A DNA stretch of 64,000 nucleotides from an uncultured bacterium (GTDB lineage: Bacteria > Armatimonadota > Hebobacteria > CAIYQO01): the NCBI GenBank assembly GCA_964638715.1, contig CAZWZF010000008.1, positions 92,109 through 156,108 on the forward strand, read 5' to 3'. Of this stretch, positions 19,881-31,163 are shown piece by piece. Positions within the stretch are counted from its first letter, which is position 1; each line of letters begins with the position of its first letter. Below the pieces are notes generated by a model. The model saw only the letters and a list, made by a program, of their open reading frames with translations. It was not told the origin of the DNA and made no database searches. Both the position numbers and the translations under genes were made by a program.

Positions 19881-22800
19881 TTACATCTTGAATCCCGCCG
19901 AAGGATTATCTTCATCCGGGTCAAGTAATTTCGCCACCGGTTTTCCATCTGCCAGTGATACTAAATATGTGCTGCCCCCTACCCTTGCTTTTAAAGTTAT
20001 TTCGCCGGCACCGGGGATATTCACGGTTGCGTCATACTGTTTGTCTTCACCACCCTTTGTATCTGCTGTCCAGGCTTCAACCAGCCACTCTGCCTTGTTG
20101 CGGTGTTTTCTTGCAACGACACGAAATGGGCGACCCATTGGCAATACATTTACTTTGCCTTTGGCTATAACGGTCTTTTCCAGTTCTTTCGGCAATAATT
20201 CATAGGCTGGTTGTTCAACCGACCAGATATGTTTATATTTGCCTTCATCCACCAGGTCACCATTACGAATGTAATCTTCGAGATGAGTGAACAACGCATG
20301 GACATGGCCAAGTGCCATTTGCTGCATCATCCAGTCAGGCACAGTATTCAATTTAAATGACGCATTAAAATCAGGTTGATTATATGTGCCGGCATTGCCG
20401 CCCAGAGTACCCATTACATACATACATTTTAAAAAGCCGCGATACTGGCGCATGGAAGTGTCGTATCTTTTGGCCCAGAACCAGTTATAAGATAGTGTAT
20501 CCCCCAGGGCAAGCTGCTGACCAATAGCGTTAAGAGACATCGACAACAAATCTTGATTACCATCAAAACCGGTATTCATGGAATGAAGATAACATTCTAT
20601 GCTTGGCTGGTCGCTTACTCCGCGCATTGGCTTATATGACGGTCCCCAATCTGCCCATCCCCAGTAACGGTCTTTATGACCAGAACCGCCGGATGTGTAA
20701 TAAACATATAAATCACGGTCCGGTACAGCTTTTTTCACCTCATTTGCTATCAATTTCTGGGCATTTCCGGTTTTATCATCTAAATATTCGATTCTGCTAA
20801 GACCTTTTGCCTTATATTCATCTATCGCTTTCTTTATCTTAGGGTCCTGCATCCATACACTGCCGGCAAAACCCCACACGCCAAGACCCCATTCACCACC
20901 ATTCAGAATGATAGAAACCGGCACTAATTTGCGAATTTCTGCAATCGGTTTTGCCCTTCCGGCACCGGCATCAATCCAATATTGGTCTGATACTTCGGGG
21001 CTAATAACCGTATTCATTCCCGGGTGCCATTCTGTACCATCCAGAGATTTTGCCTGGGCATTCAGTAATATGCCATCTTTATCCCGAGTCCACAAATCAG
21101 CAGGAGGATTCGGTGGGTCAAACCGGTCACAAGTCACCTCGAGTTTGTATTTACCGGGATTAGCCTTCATAAGGGAGATAGTTTTCGCCAAATCACTTTC
21201 AGGATTGGCAATTTGTTTTAGTCGTTGACTGCTAAGATACCCACCCGACGGCAACGCGTACCCCCAATTATCAGCAAACTCTTTATTCAATTCAAACGGC
21301 ATAACCCAGCCATACCGGGTTAATGGTGGCAGTTTATTACCCGGTTTGAAATATGGTTTTGGCTGCGTCTGCAAATATGCTATCGGGGTGGTCATACCGC
21401 GTTCTTTATTATATGCTGTCAAAGCCATTTGCTGTTCAGTTATTGAGGTGCGATATTTATCAGTCATTGTTTTTACAGCAGGGACAGTATCGAGATTGTA
21501 TAAAGCATCTATTATCAATTCGCTTTTCATATTATTGATATCTTCGCGCATTTGCTGATGTTCCGGTGTCGCATGATCATTTCTTACCTTTTGTGCGTCA
21601 ACAAATGCCTGCCATCTGCGTTGTGCTATTTTTTTATAATCCGTGGTTTCAGTTTTATTTTCATTACGCATCTTCGCTATTTCAGCATCAAGGTCAGCAA
21701 CCAATTTCTGGCTTTCAATGCATTTCTGGTCTTTTGCCGCCCACGCGTTAAGTTCCGCATCTGCAGCTTTTAAAGCTTCAATTTTCCCTTTATATTTCGC
21801 CTGTTTTGCCGTGAAAACTGCATTGTCGCAGGTGCCATCCAATGCAAATTTTTCAATAGCCTGGCGTTGCTGTGCTGTTTTATTCACTGAACTTTTCCAG
21901 ACAGCTTCCAGTGCTTCAGTATTATCCACCATCTGGAATTGCCGCCACAAATTAGGCAATGCGTTAACACTGCTATTGAAACCGCTGAAAGTTAACCATG
22001 AGAATTTACCCCAGTCTTCCTGAGTCTTCTTATTGGTATCATGCTGATCCCATACGCTCATAGATAACCGGAAAGCACCGCCTTTTTCCAATTTAATTGG
22101 GTATAAACTTGCTTTTGTGTATGCCCATTCATATATCCAACCGGTATCGGTACGCTTTACCGCAATCTCCGCACCGTCCGGCATCGCCGGTCCACTGGGG
22201 ACATAACCCGCACGCAGGAAACTCGCTTTGCCACCCTGTATCGGGCCCAAATGTTCGCGATAATAACCGGTATTTAAAGACTCGCCCATGTGCCATGCCC
22301 ATGGATACAGGCAAAACATGATATTATCATCATTCCAGAATAACTGTTCCTTACCATTTACAACCGGGACATTATCAGTGATTTCCGCGGCAAAATAAAG
22401 TTTCTTATCATCCCAGCGGCTATAAAACTTACCGCTGAACTCTTTCGGGTCGCGTGGTCCGTTATACCATTTTTCATAAGGAATAGGAATTAATTCGTCC
22501 AGATTCCAGTCAGACAAATCGCCATTTACTGTAATTGGAGTATTCGTTTTAAGAGATGCCTGGAAAGATACATCATCTTCGCAAGTGATGTTAAAACCAC
22601 TCTTATCAGCAATGGTGGCGCGCATTTCATAACTGGTGGCTAAATTAGCCTGCTCACGCGATATGGGGAAACGGATTTCTGTAGTGCCACGTGGAGTGAC
22701 GGTATATGCTTGTTCCATTACTGATGGTTCATAATCAGCGCCAAAGAACTTATTCGCGATACTCACCTTGCCGGTCATTGTAGTATCCGACAAACTGCGG

Positions 22801-25490
22801 ACAGTGACAGCGATGGCAGGATTTTGCAGTTTAGTCATTGGAATACCTGTCATCTGCGCAGTCAGAATCTCACCAACAACAAGCGGTTGTTTCAGGACAG
22901 TAATAAGAGTGTCACCATCATAAATTCGTGTTGTGAATGTATAATTTCCTGCTGCGGTGTCTGATGAAATTGATATTGGCAAATCAATATTGCTGACTTT
23001 ACCAACTTCAACATTAACTGTTTTTGTTTCTACTTTCGGCCAGGTTCCGTCTACCGTGGCGACAATCTTCGCGGTAAACGCTTTGTTGAATATTGCCGGC
23101 AATGTTAAAACTGCCTTACCTGATGACCCACGTGCTATTGATGGTAATATCAAACCACCATCAACAGATTTTAATATTCCGGTGGCGGTTTTCGCGTTAT
23201 ATAATCCTGTGACTTCTTTATCAAAAATCAATACCATCGGGTCAAGTGTGGCGACCACCATTGACGCACCGGCAGGGGTAATACGGTCGGTGCGACCATA
23301 AATATCCTGCATGGTATATTGCGCGTCCGCATTTACTGTGAATGTTGTTGGGGTACCAGGTTCACGCATATATAGATAACATATAGTCTTACCATCACGG
23401 GCGTAAACGTATGCAATTGTTTTATCAGTTGGTTGAAATGCCAATTTAAAATCCGCGCATTCTACTGCCTGTACAAAATTATAATACGCCATTGTTTTCA
23501 TCATTGGCATCAGTGACGCGCCGCGCTGGTCAGTACCAAAAGCACCGCGTCCCCAATTATTATCTTTTATACTATCCGCAACCCGTGGTCGGTCTACATA
23601 TTGCATCCACTGAAAACCATCACCGGGGAACTCGCCGCGTAGGATAGCGTTACTACCCAGGTTTGACCCGGCCTCATTAACATACATCAGGAAATAAGTT
23701 ATACGATACATGTCATGGGCATGGGCATCAAGCATTGATGTTATCAAGTCGCGACTGCTTTGCAACTGGTCATTACCACCAACAGCAGCAAACTCAGTTG
23801 ATATTAAATGACGTTCAATGCCCAGTTTTTTCAATTCCCTTTGTAATCTCTGCTGTCCATCCCACACAACTCCGGATTGATATACATGGGTATCAAAGAA
23901 ATCTGATACTTCATATAATTTTTCTTTTAATATCAGATTAACACCGTCATCGCCGGCATTAACACCCCAAACCATCATCCCTACCGGCAAATCGGGGAAC
24001 TCTTTTTTAATTGCCGCGTAGGCTTTTCTTTGTAGTTCCAGGGTGCGGGCATCAATAAAACGCTCTAATCCTGAAGGAACCACTTGGACGATACGATTTT
24101 TATTGGCGCGAATGTAGGCAACAATATATTCCACATAGCCATCTATCTCAAAACCTTTGCAACCGGGATGAAATGGGTCATCTATAATAGCCCAATCCGG
24201 AGCGTTTCTTGACATATCCCCCCATGGGTGATTTGGAGTTCTGCCGCGAATCTGTTCAAGGTTTGGACAATATACCATCTTGGGAAACTCTGGATCGGGT
24301 TTAATAGTTATCGGTCCGCCTTTCACGGGTTGCGCGTTTCTCCAACCATTATAATCCCAGTTATGCACTAAAGATGTGCCCATCTTATCCAACAGTGACT
24401 GCCCTTCATGCTTTGAATCACTATTCTTAAATCCCCCGCCTTCAGCAAAAGATATAAAACGGCATTTATCGTATTCATTTACCCCGGTTTTTCGCGGATT
24501 CACCACAGCATAAGTGATTGTGTCTTCAGCAATCACCTTGTCACCATCCAACAATTTTGCATTCAGGAAAAATTCACGCCCAACTTCTTTTGCTGATTCA
24601 TCAGCTATTAAAGTTGACAGACGCAAATTTTGTGTGCGTTTCGGGTCAAGATGCCGGTCAACAACCGGTGCCGCACCATCAAAAGCAATCTCGCCACTAG
24701 CAATTTTAAATTTCTCATAATCAGTTATTTCATACCGTATCACTGGCTTCTGTAGAGTTCCAATCGGCTTTTTATCATTGGCATACAATAAAAAGTCAAA
24801 TCTGAAAGGATCATCAGAAAAGAAAAGATTAGCGTTTTCCGCCGTACTGACTTCTAACGAATATCGGCTTGCGGCTGATGTTGTTTTTACCTGCGCAACA
24901 TTTGCTGCGACATCTGATACTGCTATGCGGACATCGGTGAAATAACATTCACCACGACTCATAGCCTTTGGCCAGCACAATCGCAAACGAAAAAAATCAC
25001 CAGTTACATTTTTAACAGCATTGTAATTTTTCCATAACAGACCTTCCTTTGTCATAGTGTGGCGAAATTGCGGTATTTGCCGTTTATCATCCCAGGGCAG
25101 CCAGGTCCAATCGCCGCCGTTATTTGCCAATTTACCATCTTTATCACAGGGGATAATTTCAAATGCGGCAGAATATGAAAAATCTTTCTGTGCGTCATAA
25201 TTATCCGCACCCCACAGACTGATCTTTACCGGCTTACCGGGATTTTTAAGTACCGGACTAAGCCAGGCGCTATCCGCCTCTTCGTCTTTTAATTGTTTTA
25301 TAAGCAGACTTTTACCACCGGCGCGCCGGGTGATATCAGAAACGGTGGCATTGTTCACCGCAGTCCAATCCTTGCCGCCATCAGCAAATGTGGTTTCGTA
25401 TAGAACTTCTGCCGCATTGCTTCCAACACCAGCTATTAACGTTACCATACATACCATAAACAGCCTCTTAATAAGATGATTAATACGCAT
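19881..25490 (-). CDS. Giant secreted multidomain protein (1869 aa). Contains a CBM9-like domain, a long coiled-coil segment and TIM-barrel-like regions. Function unknown.
   Basis: Signal peptide MRINHLIKRLFMVCMVTLIAGVGSNAA. Mid-region DLSDWNLDELIPIPY...WDDKKLYFAAEITDNVPV resembles CBM family 9. A KIEALKAADAELNAWAAKDQK...EIAKMRNE heptad-like stretch follows. AT-rich coding. First gene of the AT-rich block. Confidence 0.7.
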   Translation of the reverse strand: MRINHLIKRLFMVCMVTLIAGVGSNAAEVLYETTFADGGKDWTAVNNATVSDITRRAGGKSLLIKQLKDEEADSAWLSPVLKNPGKPVKISLWGADNYDAQKDFSYSAAFEIIPCDKDGKLANNGGDWTWLPWDDKRQIPQFRHTMTKEGLLWKNYNAVKNVTGDFFRLRLCWPKAMSRGECYFTDVRIAVSDVAANVAQVKTTSAASRYSLEVSTAENANLFFSDDPFRFDFLLYANDKKPIGTLQKPVIRYEITDYEKFKIASGEIAFDGAAPVVDRHLDPKRTQNLRLSTLIADESAKEVGREFFLNAKLLDGDKVIAEDTITYAVVNPRKTGVNEYDKCRFISFAEGGGFKNSDSKHEGQSLLDKMGTSLVHNWDYNGWRNAQPVKGGPITIKPDPEFPKMVYCPNLEQIRGRTPNHPWGDMSRNAPDWAIIDDPFHPGCKGFEIDGYVEYIVAYIRANKNRIVQVVPSGLERFIDARTLELQRKAYAAIKKEFPDLPVGMMVWGVNAGDDGVNLILKEKLYEVSDFFDTHVYQSGVVWDGQQRLQRELKKLGIERHLISTEFAAVGGNDQLQSSRDLITSMLDAHAHDMYRITYFLMYVNEAGSNLGSNAILRGEFPGDGFQWMQYVDRPRVADSIKDNNWGRGAFGTDQRGASLMPMMKTMAYYNFVQAVECADFKLAFQPTDKTIAYVYARDGKTICYLYMREPGTPTTFTVNADAQYTMQDIYGRTDRITPAGASMVVATLDPMVLIFDKEVTGLYNAKTATGILKSVDGGLILPSIARGSSGKAVLTLPAIFNKAFTAKIVATVDGTWPKVETKTVNVEVGKVSNIDLPISISSDTAAGNYTFTTRIYDGDTLITVLKQPLVVGEILTAQMTGIPMTKLQNPAIAVTVRSLSDTTMTGKVSIANKFFGADYEPSVMEQAYTVTPRGTTEIRFPISREQANLATSYEMRATIADKSGFNITCEDDVSFQASLKTNTPITVNGDLSDWNLDELIPIPYEKWYNGPRDPKEFSGKFYSRWDDKKLYFAAEITDNVPVVNGKEQLFWNDDNIMFCLYPWAWHMGESLNTGYYREHLGPIQGGKASFLRAGYVPSGPAMPDGAEIAVKRTDTGWIYEWAYTKASLYPIKLEKGGAFRLSMSVWDQHDTNKKTQEDWGKFSWLTFSGFNSSVNALPNLWRQFQMVDNTEALEAVWKSSVNKTAQQRQAIEKFALDGTCDNAVFTAKQAKYKGKIEALKAADAELNAWAAKDQKCIESQKLVADLDAEIAKMRNENKTETTDYKKIAQRRWQAFVDAQKVRNDHATPEHQQMREDINNMKSELIIDALYNLDTVPAVKTMTDKYRTSITEQQMALTAYNKERGMTTPIAYLQTQPKPYFKPGNKLPPLTRYGWVMPFELNKEFADNWGYALPSGGYLSSQRLKQIANPESDLAKTISLMKANPGKYKLEVTCDRFDPPNPPADLWTRDKDGILLNAQAKSLDGTEWHPGMNTVISPEVSDQYWIDAGAGRAKPIAEIRKLVPVSIILNGGEWGLGVWGFAGSVWMQDPKIKKAIDEYKAKGLSRIEYLDDKTGNAQKLIANEVKKAVPDRDLYVYYTSGGSGHKDRYWGWADWGPSYKPMRGVSDQPSIECYLHSMNTGFDGNQDLLSMSLNAIGQQLALGDTLSYNWFWAKRYDTSMRQYRGFLKCMYVMGTLGGNAGTYNQPDFNASFKLNTVPDWMMQQMALGHVHALFTHLEDYIRNGDLVDEGKYKHIWSVEQPAYELLPKELEKTVIAKGKVNVLPMGRPFRVVARKHRNKAEWLVEAWTADTKGGEDKQYDATVNIPGAGEITLKARVGGSTYLVSLADGKPVAKLLDPDEDNPSAGFKM

Positions 25491-25491
25491 T

Positions 25492-28400
25492 TCATTCCCC
25501 TTTATGCAAAATTATTTCAGAAGTCATACCATAAGCACAGGTAAACTCCAGCACTGTTACCGAGTTTCTTGTTTCTTTGACAATTACATTTTCACAAAAC
25601 TTTGGCATTATCCATTTTCCGTGCAACTCTACACGGACAATTGACGAACGTGCAGGTGTGGCATTCGCTTCATCGTCCAGATACCCCATGTTTCGACGTT
25701 TAGGAAGCCGCAGGTCGGGATCGGCAAGACTTAATATAACATTATCCGCGTTTTCTTTAACCATTATCATCACCGGGGTATCTGTCTTACGCACTATTCC
25801 ATATGGAATTACCCAGTCAGTTTCAAACAATGCATACGCGGTCGTATGCTGTGTTAAATGTTCAATTATATGCGCCTGATGATTTTGCAGTAATACCCGG
25901 TATGGTAACGTGTTAGCGTATTTACTTAATGACGCAGCATCTGTTTGAACCAGCATTACATATTCATAACGGACAGAACCATAACCATCATCTTTTGGGG
26001 CATGTCCATGGTCAAGCCAACAAGTGCTGAATGCGCCTGTTGTGTCACCCTTATTCCACGCGTCACGTGATTGCTGCATATTGCGCGTCAGTTTTACACT
26101 GCCAGCATCAGGAATTATATAACCATTGTTATATGAATCAATTATTGTCAGCTTTTCACTTTCTTTTCCATGAAATTCATACGGAAAATCAGTTATTGAT
26201 TCACCATTTATCTGAATCGGCATCTTTTCATCAGGCATCCAGTTTTGAAACAGCGTAGTTTCAGTTGTATGTTCAACATCACTATTCTGAATATTTGAAC
26301 CAAGGCAAATAATTTCATTATCAAAGAAGAAATAACTTTTATAAGCACGGAATGATGGGTCATGATAATGCTCATGCAGTTTCAGCACGAACATACCATT
26401 TTTATTCTCGCTGCTGACACCGCCGACAAAAGTCGCGTTGGAGAAAAACCGGCAAGCCCAGCTTGATTTCGGGTCATAATTTTCGTTAAGGGTAAGGTGC
26501 TTTGTGGTCGCCCCCGGCCACCGGCACCAATCCCAACCTTTATCCAGATTCCACCCACTTGATACCGGATTCACCGGGTCGCCATGGGTAATAGTCTGCA
26601 AAGTGCCATAACTCCAATAGCGCGCGAAAACATTTTCCTCTATCATTGCCCACATTTTGGGATGCATCTCAAAATCCCATACATATTGGCTCCAACCCTT
26701 AACCGCCGCCATCCAATTTTTGCGTCGGTGAATAGCCAACGCCCCCCAAGGTTTGCTCCAAAATCCATGTAGAGGCGGAGTGGCAGGCAAGTTTAGGTCA
26801 ACGAGTTCCTGCATAATCTGCAGGCGACCTGGGGTCTGATAAAAAAGAAACTTCCCCTGTTGTGCATCCAGATCCACGCTCATAATCTGCGGCAGATAAT
26901 TGGTACCCTTATCACCCTCCCCAAGATATGCGCAATTTGGGTCCCATAACCGCATGAAGATTCCAGCCAGGTCCGCATCTATCGTTTCACCCGCAAGCGC
27001 CAGGTAGGCATAGGCTGAGAGTATCCTTATCCCGGGACGCGGCATACGCCCCATCACAGTGTATGGAATGTCATATTTATTAGTGAGAATATCTTGCGTC
27101 AGTAATGCCTTTTTGAGATTGGCAACGCTCTCTGGAGCAGCGGCGAAATCGGTGCCGTGCAGCAACCAGACGATGAGCGAACAGAATTCATAAGCGCAGA
27201 CGGTATAGGCACCTGCATAGATCGCCTGATGATGAAACCCCAGTCCGTCAGGTTTGATTAGTCCGGTAAAACGCGGCGAAATCCTCAGCGCGTCATTATA
27301 CCAGTCCAGCCAGCCATTCATATACTGCACCTTTTGCGGTGTATCATCCATGGCCAGAATCATCGCCAGCGAGGTGAACATAACAGAACGCAAAGCGTCG
27401 GCGTTGGTCTCAACATATTCCTCATCGAATCGTGTAAAGGTCTTGCCAAAGGTCAGATACCAAAATGCCGCGCGTACCGCGGTATCATGCCGATCCGTGG
27501 CGCGAAGTTCATCCCGCATCAAAACAACGGCATGGCAATAAGGCGCAAAGCCGAGGGGAAGCAACCACATATCCCCCAACGCACTGCCTTCACCCCAACC
27601 CTGGTCATGGATGTAATCAAACAAATCCAGCACTGTCTGACATGCGGTTTCGTTGCCGTTGACCTTGTAGTCGAACACCAACGGCATGAGGATGTCATAA
27701 AACATGTGTTTAAAACTGGTGGAACTTCCAAAGTTCTTCACCAATCCTGGCCCGATAATGCGTCCGTGCTCATCCCTGACAATGCCCAGCGCCTCAAGTT
27801 CTGACCAGCCACGACGAATGTAGGTCTGAAACTGCTCAGCGCCACCTCGCAACACCGGACGGCTCAAATCCGGTTGGTCACCAACCAGCCATTTGTGGTA
27901 ACGCGCCAAAATTGTAGCAAAATCCCGTTTTTGTGTTTCCGTCACTGTTTCCGGCAATGGCAGACTCGGGCACTGCCAGGAATAATACAGTGGCCAATGC
28001 TGGCACCAGCCACCAAGGCTGCCACTATATTCAGGTATCTGATAATCAGCGCTGCGTTGGGCAGACATATTCGATGAAATGATAATATTATCCAAATAAA
28101 TACAGCCTGATTTTTTTGATACCGGCGGGATAATTTCCATTTTTTCAATAGTACCACCTAAGTTCTCAGCCTTCGCGTCTGCCTCAAACTGCACCTGGAA
28201 CATTCGCCATCCAGAATAATTCAAGCCGAATCTAAATATATAACGCGGGTTACCTGTTTCTAAATCCTCATCAGAACCCAAACAAAATATCAACTTGTCA
28301 TCCACAGGATTTTCATTGTAAATCCAACCACTAATCCCAGCCTGCGGGTATTCCGGGACAGATAATGACAGGCCATCACAAACTAATATTCCGCCGATAC

Positions 28401-28539
28401 CCCATTTCCACTCCAGCGATTGCCGACCATCTTTAAAATGACATGTCGAAATTTGCAATTCACCAGCATTTTTTGTATGCCAATTAGTTGGTACAGATTT
28501 TTCTTCAAATGATTCTGATAATGATGAGGAAGATTTCAT
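25492..28539 (-). CDS. Large (1015 aa) protein without signal peptide. Toroid-type polysaccharide lyase/hydrolase-like (chondroitinase/PL8-like guess, family unresolved).
   Basis: Long open frame in operon context, adjacent stop/start with neighbours. W/Y/H-rich middle region (GFHHQAIYAGAYTV) followed by a beta-rich C-terminus. Assignment is by architecture only. Confidence 0.35.
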   Translation of the reverse strand: MKSSSSLSESFEEKSVPTNWHTKNAGELQISTCHFKDGRQSLEWKWGIGGILVCDGLSLSVPEYPQAGISGWIYNENPVDDKLIFCLGSDEDLETGNPRYIFRFGLNYSGWRMFQVQFEADAKAENLGGTIEKMEIIPPVSKKSGCIYLDNIIISSNMSAQRSADYQIPEYSGSLGGWCQHWPLYYSWQCPSLPLPETVTETQKRDFATILARYHKWLVGDQPDLSRPVLRGGAEQFQTYIRRGWSELEALGIVRDEHGRIIGPGLVKNFGSSTSFKHMFYDILMPLVFDYKVNGNETACQTVLDLFDYIHDQGWGEGSALGDMWLLPLGFAPYCHAVVLMRDELRATDRHDTAVRAAFWYLTFGKTFTRFDEEYVETNADALRSVMFTSLAMILAMDDTPQKVQYMNGWLDWYNDALRISPRFTGLIKPDGLGFHHQAIYAGAYTVCAYEFCSLIVWLLHGTDFAAAPESVANLKKALLTQDILTNKYDIPYTVMGRMPRPGIRILSAYAYLALAGETIDADLAGIFMRLWDPNCAYLGEGDKGTNYLPQIMSVDLDAQQGKFLFYQTPGRLQIMQELVDLNLPATPPLHGFWSKPWGALAIHRRKNWMAAVKGWSQYVWDFEMHPKMWAMIEENVFARYWSYGTLQTITHGDPVNPVSSGWNLDKGWDWCRWPGATTKHLTLNENYDPKSSWACRFFSNATFVGGVSSENKNGMFVLKLHEHYHDPSFRAYKSYFFFDNEIICLGSNIQNSDVEHTTETTLFQNWMPDEKMPIQINGESITDFPYEFHGKESEKLTIIDSYNNGYIIPDAGSVKLTRNMQQSRDAWNKGDTTGAFSTCWLDHGHAPKDDGYGSVRYEYVMLVQTDAASLSKYANTLPYRVLLQNHQAHIIEHLTQHTTAYALFETDWVIPYGIVRKTDTPVMIMVKENADNVILSLADPDLRLPKRRNMGYLDDEANATPARSSIVRVELHGKWIMPKFCENVIVKETRNSVTVLEFTCAYGMTSEIILHKGE

Positions 28540-28549
28540 ATTACTACCT

Positions 28550-29611
28550 TTATCTGATAATTAATTTACGCAATGCTTTGTCATTCACCCATCCCTGCGC
28601 ACTGGCGAACCAGAAACGGGTTTCGGAAGTTCCCTGTTTTAATAAATCACCGGCAAAATCAACGTAATCCGGATAATCTTTGTTCTCACCGAAAAGAAAT
28701 GGAATATATATTATATCATCACCAAATAGCCGATGAATTTCTTTAAACGGCGTAAATGGATAATGGAACTCCAGGCTGTGTATTTTTATTCCAGACTCTT
28801 TTAATGCCGGTAGATGTTGCGCATAACTGCCGCAGCAATGAATTTGTAAACCGCCGAACGCATCCGCAATTCGGCGCAGACAGGGAATCTCAAAATCACG
28901 GTAAATATCCGGACTGAGCAACGGCATCATATCCTGAGTCAGTGACGCTCCCAATTCCTCCGGTAAAAATGTATAGGGCCAAATGCTGCCGATAACTTTC
29001 CCACCACCTATTTCTTTGCGAAATCGTTTGTGATATTCAATCAATGTGGTAGTGATGGAATCCAACGCAGCGTGAATTGCATCCGGTTCCTCATACATGG
29101 TAATCATCAACTCAGTCTGCTCCATCACCAGTGCCAGTGTATTCATCGGTCCCTGAAAATCCGGGGTGCGGGTAAATATCGCGTCAGACTGTAATTTGTC
29201 ACAAACTAACCAGTATAAATCAACCGCCATTTTAAAATCAGAATCTTCATACGAACAAGCCTGTAATTTTGGGAGATCATTAACGTCATTAATTACCGAT
29301 TCTATATGCACCCCACCGCCTTCCGCGGGTGGTATCACCTTGCCGCCATACATTTTAGCGGTACTGATGGTGCCGAAATCCGGATATATCGCCGGTAATA
29401 TAAACTGCTCATCAGACTCAATGTCAGCACGAATGCATTCCGCGGCAGCAGTTGCCACTTCATCCAAATTGAAATGTTCACGATCCAACATTTGCCGGTA
29501 AGCCGGTGGAACAACCATGCTGACTATTGGCCCGGTGATTTCTCCCTGCCAATATGACCTATAATATTCCAGTGTTTCTTTATAATTTGCAATTTGGTTA
29601 ACGGCGGTCAT
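28550..29611 (-). CDS. Uroporphyrinogen decarboxylase (URO-D)-like family protein.
   Basis: Size ~350 aa. Motif LQIHCCGSY parallels the h-H-x-C-G motif seen in the three other URO-D-like ORFs at the right end (MFHSCGAI, FLHTCGPT, LHMHSGG). Confidence 0.6.
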   Translation of the reverse strand: MTAVNQIANYKETLEYYRSYWQGEITGPIVSMVVPPAYRQMLDREHFNLDEVATAAAECIRADIESDEQFILPAIYPDFGTISTAKMYGGKVIPPAEGGGVHIESVINDVNDLPKLQACSYEDSDFKMAVDLYWLVCDKLQSDAIFTRTPDFQGPMNTLALVMEQTELMITMYEEPDAIHAALDSITTTLIEYHKRFRKEIGGGKVIGSIWPYTFLPEELGASLTQDMMPLLSPDIYRDFEIPCLRRIADAFGGLQIHCCGSYAQHLPALKESGIKIHSLEFHYPFTPFKEIHRLFGDDIIYIPFLFGENKDYPDYVDFAGDLLKQGTSETRFWFASAQGWVNDKALRKLIIR

Positions 29612-29624
29612 ATTATCTCACTTT

Positions 29625-31151
29625 TTATAAATAATTCAGTTGATTTATTCCTGCCCGATATGCCGGACCTGCGGTATTTGATTCTTTACCATCTTCAACA
29701 GTCTTGTAATTATAAGGTTTATTTGCCCAGTCAACGGCAGGCCAAACGCTGACAACCCGGGTGGTGTCAATCAACCATTCCAATAAACGTTTTCTGCCTT
29801 CTGCTACCACATCGCGATAAGACAAGTTATCAAATAAATTGGTTGTTTCATTCGGATCAGTTCTAATATTATATAATTCGCCAAACTCTTCACCACCAAA
29901 CATTTGCGGTTGGTAATGCACCATTCGCCATTCATCCCAACGGATAGCCTTGCTCCAGGGATTTTCTGTTACCGCGACTGACCTGACCGAGGTTTCATCT
30001 CCACTTAATAAAGTGGAAATGTCTTTGCCATCCACAGTCTCCATTGCCGGTAATCCACACAACGCGGTTATTGTCGGGGTAAGGTCGATATTTTCTACTA
30101 ACTGATGACTTACATGCCCACCCTTTGTAACACCGGGAACGCGCCAGATATACGGAACACGACAAACAGCCTGAGAACAAATACCTGGTGCTTTTTCTGG
30201 AACGCCGAAAGTACCGGAATACGCGCCATGGTCACTGCCATAAATTACAATGGTATTATCCGCCAATCTGTTTTGGTCAAGGTAATCAAGAAGTTGACCT
30301 AACGCAAAATCAACCTGGGTTATACAAGCCAGATATCCATGCCACACCCGACGGCGAACGTTTTCTACACCTTTTGGATCAATTAACCCTTCCCACGTCT
30401 TACCACGCTGTACCATTTGCTGAAAATGCGGCGGACGTTTTGAGGTGTCCTGATTTATTGTCTCTGGTAATTCCAAATCATCAGGATACATGTCCCAAAA
30501 TATCTGATCGGGGGTATAACACTGATGTGGCCTGGGTAACGAAACCTGCATACAGAAAAGTTTACCGGCTTTTTGCGATTCACCCATAAACTCTATAGCT
30601 TTTTTTACACACCATCCTTCTACGCTGTGTTCATATGGTAATTGTGATGGTCGGGCTTCATCTTGTTGCGCACCACTGAACTCCGGCAAAGTAATGCTAT
30701 CTTCTTTATCGCGTATACCCAATTCCCGCAGATAATCAAAATATGCCGAACTATTACATTCAAACTTGCCACCGTAATTATATGACTCAGCATATAAATC
30801 TACCTGGTTTAGCAGCCAGTCCTGCGGGTCGTTCGGCGTATGCAGTTTACCAATACCAGCAGTCCGATATCCATTTGATTTAAAATGACCAAGAAAACCC
30901 GGCAAATGGTCAGGACTGGGACCGGATAAACCATAAATGCCGTGGTTGTGGCAATACTGCCCGGTAAAAAATGACATGCGACTGGGGGTACAGATAGGGT
31001 TTTGCGTATATGCATCGGTAAAACGCACCCCTTCAGCAGCTAACCTGTCCATATTAGGAGTAATCGCCTGCGGATGACCTTCGTAACCAGTACAGGCAGC
31101 CTGGTGTTGGTCAGATATTACAAATATAATATTATATGGTGTATTCGGCAT
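29625..31151 (-). CDS. Sulfatase (S1 family, Cys-type), no signal peptide.
   Basis: NIIFVISDQHQ...NPICTPSRMSFFTGQY. Confidence 0.9.
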   Translation of the reverse strand: MPNTPYNIIFVISDQHQAACTGYEGHPQAITPNMDRLAAEGVRFTDAYTQNPICTPSRMSFFTGQYCHNHGIYGLSGPSPDHLPGFLGHFKSNGYRTAGIGKLHTPNDPQDWLLNQVDLYAESYNYGGKFECNSSAYFDYLRELGIRDKEDSITLPEFSGAQQDEARPSQLPYEHSVEGWCVKKAIEFMGESQKAGKLFCMQVSLPRPHQCYTPDQIFWDMYPDDLELPETINQDTSKRPPHFQQMVQRGKTWEGLIDPKGVENVRRRVWHGYLACITQVDFALGQLLDYLDQNRLADNTIVIYGSDHGAYSGTFGVPEKAPGICSQAVCRVPYIWRVPGVTKGGHVSHQLVENIDLTPTITALCGLPAMETVDGKDISTLLSGDETSVRSVAVTENPWSKAIRWDEWRMVHYQPQMFGGEEFGELYNIRTDPNETTNLFDNLSYRDVVAEGRKRLLEWLIDTTRVVSVWPAVDWANKPYNYKTVEDGKESNTAGPAYRAGINQLNYL

Positions 31152-31163
31152 TATTAACCCCTT

